In this document: positions 36,944 to 41,026 of the stretch, piece by piece
Layout: each line of letters opens with the position of its first letter
Numbering within the stretch: the stretch's first letter is position 1
Origin: Acetobacteraceae bacterium
GTDB lineage: Bacteria > Pseudomonadota > Alphaproteobacteria > Acetobacterales > Acetobacteraceae
Assembly: GCA_019689515.1 (NCBI GenBank)
Contig: JADGHI010000001.1
Span: forward strand, 1-41,026
Reading direction: 5' to 3'
Length of the DNA: 41,026 nt
Program-made: the position numbers and the translations under genes
The notes under the pieces: generated by a model
Databases searched by the model: none
What the model was told of the DNA's origin: nothing
What the model saw: the letters and a program-made list of their open reading frames with translations, nothing else

Positions 36944-37761
36944 GCATCGATCCGCCGCTCGCCGCCTACACGGCGCGCCACCTGCGCCTCGCGGCGGGGA
37001 ACGGGGTCGCGACCCTGACCCTCGACCGGCCGGAGCGGAAGAACCCCCTTACCTTCGACAGCTACGCCGAGATGACGGCGATCTTCCGCGCCGCCGCGCG
37101 GGACGACACGGTGAAGGCCTTCGTCGTGACCGGCGTGGGCGGCGATTTCTGCTCCGGCGGCGATGTGCACGAGATCATCGGCCCGCTCCTCGAACGCGAC
37201 ACCAAGGGCCTGATGGACTTCACCGCCCTGACCGGGGAGCTGGTGAAGGCCATGCGCGCCTGCCCGCAGCCGATCCTCGCCGCGGTGGACGGCATCGCCG
37301 CCGGCGCCGGCGCGATCATCGCCATGGCGGCGGACCTGCGCATCGGCACGCCGCGCGCGAAAGTGGCGTTCCTGTTCAACCGCGTCGGCCTCGCCGGCTG
37401 CGACATGGGCGCCTGCGCCATCCTGCCGCGCATCATCGGCCAGGGCCGCGCGAGCGAGCTGCTCTATCTCGGCCGCAGCATGACGGCGGAGGAGGGCCTC
37501 GCCTGGGGCTTCTTCAACCGCCTCGCCGAGCCCGAGGCGCTCGCCGGCGAGGCAGCGGCGCTCGCCCGGGAGATCGCCGAGGGCCCCACCTTCGCCCACG
37601 CCATGACCAAGCGCATGCTCCAGATGGAATGGGTCATGTCGGTCGAGCAGGCCATCGAGGCCGAGGCCGTCGCGCAGGCGCTGTGCATGACCACCGGCGA
37701 TTTCCGCCGCGCCTACGAGGCCTTCGTGGCGAAGCGCCGGCCCGTGTTCGAAGGGCGTTGA
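36940..37761 (+). CDS. Enoyl-CoA hydratase family protein (abm cluster)
   Basis: ATG 36940; [20 protein letters not shown] and [12 protein letters not shown]. Confidence 0.92.
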   Translation: MSIDPPLAAYTARHLRLAAGNGVATLTLDRPERKNPLTFDSYAEMTAIFRAAARDDTVKAFVVTGVGGDFCSGGDVHEIIGPLLERDTKGLMDFTALTGELVKAMRACPQPILAAVDGIAAGAGAIIAMAADLRIGTPRAKVAFLFNRVGLAGCDMGACAILPRIIGQGRASELLYLGRSMTAEEGLAWGFFNRLAEPEALAGEAAALAREIAEGPTFAHAMTKRMLQMEWVMSVEQAIEAEAVAQALCMTTGDFRRAYEAFVAKRRPVFEGR

Positions 37762-37764
37762 GCC

Positions 37765-38934
37765 GTGCCGGACCGCAGCTTCCTCGACTGGCCCTTCTTC
37801 GAGCCGCGACACCGCGACTGGGCCGCGGAGGTCGAGGCCTGGGCGGCCGCGCATGCCGAGGACCTCGCCGCCGGCCAGGACGTGGACGCGGCCACCATTC
37901 GCCTCACGCGCGCGCTGGGCGAGGCCGGCCTGCTGCGCGCCGCGGTGCCGGAGGACGGCGGACGGCTCGATGTGCGTACGCTCTGCCTCGCGCGCGAGAT
38001 CCTGGCCCGGCATGCGGGCCTCGCCGATTTCGCCTTCGCCATGGCGGGCCTCGGCACCGGCGCGGTCACGCTGTTCGGCACGGAGGCGCTGCGCCGGCGG
38101 GTCCTGCCCGCTGCACGGCGCGGCGAGGCGCTGGCCGCCTTCGCCCTGAGCGAGCCGGAGGCCGGCTCCGACGTCGCCGCGCTCGCCACCGTCGCGGAGC
38201 GCGACGGGAACGCGCACTGGCGCATCAGCGGCACCAAGACCTGGATCAGCAACGGCGGCATCGACGCGACCTACGTCGTCTTCGCCCGCACCGGAGAGGC
38301 GCCGGGCGCCAAGGGCCTCTCCGCCTTCCTCGTCCCCGCCGACGCCCCGGGCCTGAGCGTCGTCGAACGCCTCGAGATCACCGCCCCGCACCCGATCGCC
38401 ACCCTGCGCTTCGAGGGCGTGCGCGTCCCGGCGGAGGCGATGCTCGGCCGCACCGGAGAGGGCTTCAAGGTGGCGATGGCGACACTTGACCTGTTCCGCA
38501 CGACGGTCGGCGCCGCAGCGCTCGGCTTCGCGCGCCGGGCGCTCGGCCTCTCCCTCGACCGCGCCGCCAGCCGGAAGCTGTTCGGCGCGACGCTGTTCGA
38601 CCAGCAGATGACCCAGGCGGCGCTCGCCGACAGCGTCGCCGACGTGGAGGCGGCGGCGCTGCTCGTCTACCGCGCCGCCTGGCTCAAGGACTCCGGCGCG
38701 GAGCGGATCACGCGCGAGGCCTCGCTCGCCAAGCTCTTCGCCACGGAGGCGGCGCAGCGCGTCGTGGACCGCTGCGTCCAGCTCCACGGTGGCCTCGGCG
38801 TCACCCGCGGCCACAAGGCGGAGGAACTCTACCGCGAGGTGCGGGCGCTGCGCGTCTATGAGGGCGCGAGCGAGATCCAGCGCGTCATCATCGCGCGCGC
38901 AGCCCTGGCGACGGTGGTACGCGCGCAAGCATAG
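37765..38934 (+). CDS. Acyl-CoA dehydrogenase (abm cluster)
   Basis: GTG start; [31 protein letters not shown] and [10 protein letters not shown]. Confidence 0.93.
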   Translation: MPDRSFLDWPFFEPRHRDWAAEVEAWAAAHAEDLAAGQDVDAATIRLTRALGEAGLLRAAVPEDGGRLDVRTLCLAREILARHAGLADFAFAMAGLGTGAVTLFGTEALRRRVLPAARRGEALAAFALSEPEAGSDVAALATVAERDGNAHWRISGTKTWISNGGIDATYVVFARTGEAPGAKGLSAFLVPADAPGLSVVERLEITAPHPIATLRFEGVRVPAEAMLGRTGEGFKVAMATLDLFRTTVGAAALGFARRALGLSLDRAASRKLFGATLFDQQMTQAALADSVADVEAAALLVYRAAWLKDSGAERITREASLAKLFATEAAQRVVDRCVQLHGGLGVTRGHKAEELYREVRALRVYEGASEIQRVIIARAALATVVRAQA

Positions 38935-38945
38935 GGGAGGCGGCG

Positions 38946-40628
38946 ATGGCCGGCACAGCAGCGGCGGCCTTCGATCCTGGATCGTGGTCCGGCAGCAGCC
39001 CCGACCTCGCCCCCAGCGCCCATCGTGACGGTTTCGCGCGCGACAGCCTGCCGCCGCGCGAGCAATGGCCCGAGTTCCGCTTCGACCTGCCCGAGCTGCG
39101 CTACCCTCTCCGCCTCAACTGCGCCGTGGAGCTGCTCGACCGTAACCTCGCGCTCGGCCGCGACGACCACCCGGCGGTCGTCTCGCCCGTCGAGACCCTC
39201 ACCTATCGTCAGCTCGCCGAGCGCGTGGACCGCCTCGCGAACGTGCTGGTGCGCGACCTCGGCCTCGTCCCCGGAAACCGCGTGCTGCTGCGCAGCGCGA
39301 ACACGCCCTGGATGGTCACGGCCTATTTCGCCGTCTGGAAGGCCGGCGGCATCGTCGTCGGCACCATGCCGCTGCTGCGCGCGAAGGAGCTCGGCGTGAT
39401 GCTGCGCAAGGCACGCGTCAGCCACGCTCTGTGCGACGCACGGCTCGGCGGGGAGATGCGAAAGGCCGCCGCCGATGCGCCGGACCTCCGCCACTTGGTT
39501 TTCTGGGGCGAGGGCGGCGAGCTCGAATCCCGCTGCGCCGCCGCGCCGGTGCGCTTCGACGCCTGCGACACCGCGGCCGACGATGTGTGCCTGATCGGCT
39601 TCACCTCCGGCACCACTGGCGAGCCCAAGGGCACCATGCACTTCCACCGCGACATGCTCGCGGTGTGCGACAGCTATTCCCACTACGTGCTGCGCCCGGA
39701 GCCGTCGGACATGTTCATCGGCTCCCCGCCCCTCGCCTTCACCTTCGGCCTGGGCGGGCTGGTCCTGTTCCCGTTCCGCGTCGGCGCGACCTCCGTGCTG
39801 CTCGAGAAGGCGCCGCCCGAGGAACTCCTGTCCGCCATCGCGCGCCACCGCGCCACGGTCTGCTTCACCGCGCCCACCGCCTGGCGCGCCATGGCGCAGC
39901 AGGCGCACCGGCACGACCTCTCCACCTTGCGCAAGTGCGTCTCCGCCGGTGAGACGCTGCCCAAGCCGACCTTCGAGGCCTGGCAGGCCGCGACCGGCCT
40001 GAAGCTCATGGACGGCATCGGCTCGACCGAGATGCTGCACATCTTCATCGGCGCGCGCGAGGAGGAGGTCCGCCCCGGCGCCACCGGCAAGCCCGTGCCC
40101 GGCTACGAGGCGAAGGTCGTCGGCGAGGACGGCCGCGAGGTCCCGCGCGGCAGGATCGGCCGCCTCGCCGTGCGCGGCCCGACCGGCTGCCGCTACCTCG
40201 CCGACCCGCGCCAGTCCCGCTACGTTCAGGACGGCTGGAACCTCACCGGCGACACCTTTGTCCAGGACGAGGACGGCTATTTCTGGTTCCTGGCGCGGAG
40301 CGACGACATGATCATCTCCGCCGGCTACAACATCGCCGGACCCGAGGTGGAGGAGGCGTTGCTGTCCCATCCGACGGTGCGTGAATGCGGCGTCGTCGGC
40401 GCACCGGACCCCGAGCGCGGCCAGATCGTGAAGGCCTATGTCGTCCTCAAGGACGGCCACGCGCCCGACGCGGCGATGGCGAAGGCGCTGCAGGAGCACG
40501 TCAAGGCGGCGATCGCGCCCTACAAGTATCCGCGCACCGTGGAATTCCTCGACGCGCTGCCGCGCACCGAAACCGGCAAGCTGCAGCGCTTCGCGCTGCG
40601 CGCCCTGGCCGCGCAGGGCGGCGCATGA
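38946..40628 (+). CDS. 2-aminobenzoate/benzoate-CoA ligase family AMP-binding protein (AbmG-like)
   Basis: FTSGTTGEPKG, AFTFGLGG, DGIGSTEMLHIF, RSDDMIISAGYNI and PRTETGKLQR. Confidence 0.92.
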   Translation: MAGTAAAAFDPGSWSGSSPDLAPSAHRDGFARDSLPPREQWPEFRFDLPELRYPLRLNCAVELLDRNLALGRDDHPAVVSPVETLTYRQLAERVDRLANVLVRDLGLVPGNRVLLRSANTPWMVTAYFAVWKAGGIVVGTMPLLRAKELGVMLRKARVSHALCDARLGGEMRKAAADAPDLRHLVFWGEGGELESRCAAAPVRFDACDTAADDVCLIGFTSGTTGEPKGTMHFHRDMLAVCDSYSHYVLRPEPSDMFIGSPPLAFTFGLGGLVLFPFRVGATSVLLEKAPPEELLSAIARHRATVCFTAPTAWRAMAQQAHRHDLSTLRKCVSAGETLPKPTFEAWQAATGLKLMDGIGSTEMLHIFIGAREEEVRPGATGKPVPGYEAKVVGEDGREVPRGRIGRLAVRGPTGCRYLADPRQSRYVQDGWNLTGDTFVQDEDGYFWFLARSDDMIISAGYNIAGPEVEEALLSHPTVRECGVVGAPDPERGQIVKAYVVLKDGHAPDAAMAKALQEHVKAAIAPYKYPRTVEFLDALPRTETGKLQRFALRALAAQGGA

Positions 40629-41026
40629 CGACCGGCCACGCCCGCCCTCCGCTCCGAACCCTGCTCCCGCCGGGATGGCCACCGCCGAAGGGCTATGCGA
40701 ACGGCATCGCCGGGCGTGGGCGCATGGTCTTCGTCGGCGGCATGGTCGGCTGGGACGAGCAGGGCCGCTTTGCCGAGGGCCTCGTCGCGCAGGTGGCCCA
40801 GGCGCTGCGCAACGTGGTCGCCGTGCTGCGCGAGGGCGGCGCCCGGCCGGAGCACGTGGCGCGGCTCACCTGGTACGTCCTGGACATGGAGGAGTACCGG
40901 CGCTCCCAGCGCGATCTGGGCCGTGCCTATCGCGACGTGATGGGCCGGCACTATCCGGCGATGGCGCTGGTCCAGGTCGCCGCCCTCGTCGCGCCCGAGG
41001 CACACGTCGAGATCGAGGCGACCGCG
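40625..41026 (+). CDS. RidA (YjgF/YER057c/UK114) family protein; 3' end runs off the window
   Basis: Hand translation from ATG 40625: LLPPGWPPPKGYANGI...VFVGGMVGWD...RLTWYV...HYPAMALVQV..L....VEIEATA. Confidence 0.88.
   Translation, partial: MTTGHARPPLRTLLPPGWPPPKGYANGIAGRGRMVFVGGMVGWDEQGRFAEGLVAQVAQALRNVVAVLREGGARPEHVARLTWYVLDMEEYRRSQRDLGRAYRDVMGRHYPAMALVQVAALVAPEAHVEIEATA

Noticed and set aside
36199-40682. 909-aa and 608-aa minus-strand ORFs
   Set aside because: They are antisense shadows of well-supported plus-strand abm genes and contain no recognisable motifs.
1-41026. CRISPR arrays, IS elements, prophage, tRNA/rRNA
   Set aside because: No regularly spaced repeats, transposase/integrase motifs or RNA-gene signatures were seen. 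The intergenic gaps are short and mostly accounted for.

Overview
Very GC-rich alphaproteobacterial DNA; the gene content (several orphan Bug/TctC receptors) resembles Roseomonas/Elioraea-type Acetobacteraceae. The window is densely coding, and I found no mobile elements, RNA genes or CRISPR arrays. From left to right it holds: (1) a divergent cyclic-amide catabolic block (M20 carbamoylase-like hydrolase, SDR and 3-hydroxyacyl-CoA dehydrogenase-like gene opposite Bug plus hydantoinase/oxoprolinase A and B); (2) a translationally coupled queuosine operon, queA-tgt-queF-queG-queC-VUT transporter, with a perfect DnaA box at its 5' end; (3) an unannotated 43-aa lipoprotein-like gene; (4) a minus-strand block behind a consensus sigma54 promoter (small protein, amidase, Bug, 2Fe-2S and molybdo-hydroxylase subunits, Pht5-like decarboxylase, a truncated FAD monooxygenase, Bug), preceded by a GGT-family gene; (5) an enoyl-CoA hydratase and a ROK-family kinase whose motifs are circularly permuted; (6) arylformamidase, a LivKHMGF-type ABC importer, a cupin and a PhzS-like flavin monooxygenase, attached to an aerobic 2-aminobenzoyl-CoA (abm-type) cluster with MarR and palindromic operators. 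The best novel candidates are a putative monooxygenase-cupin-formamidase funnel from an N-heterocycle to anthranilate and the permuted ROK protein. All functional calls come from motif recognition, not database searches.
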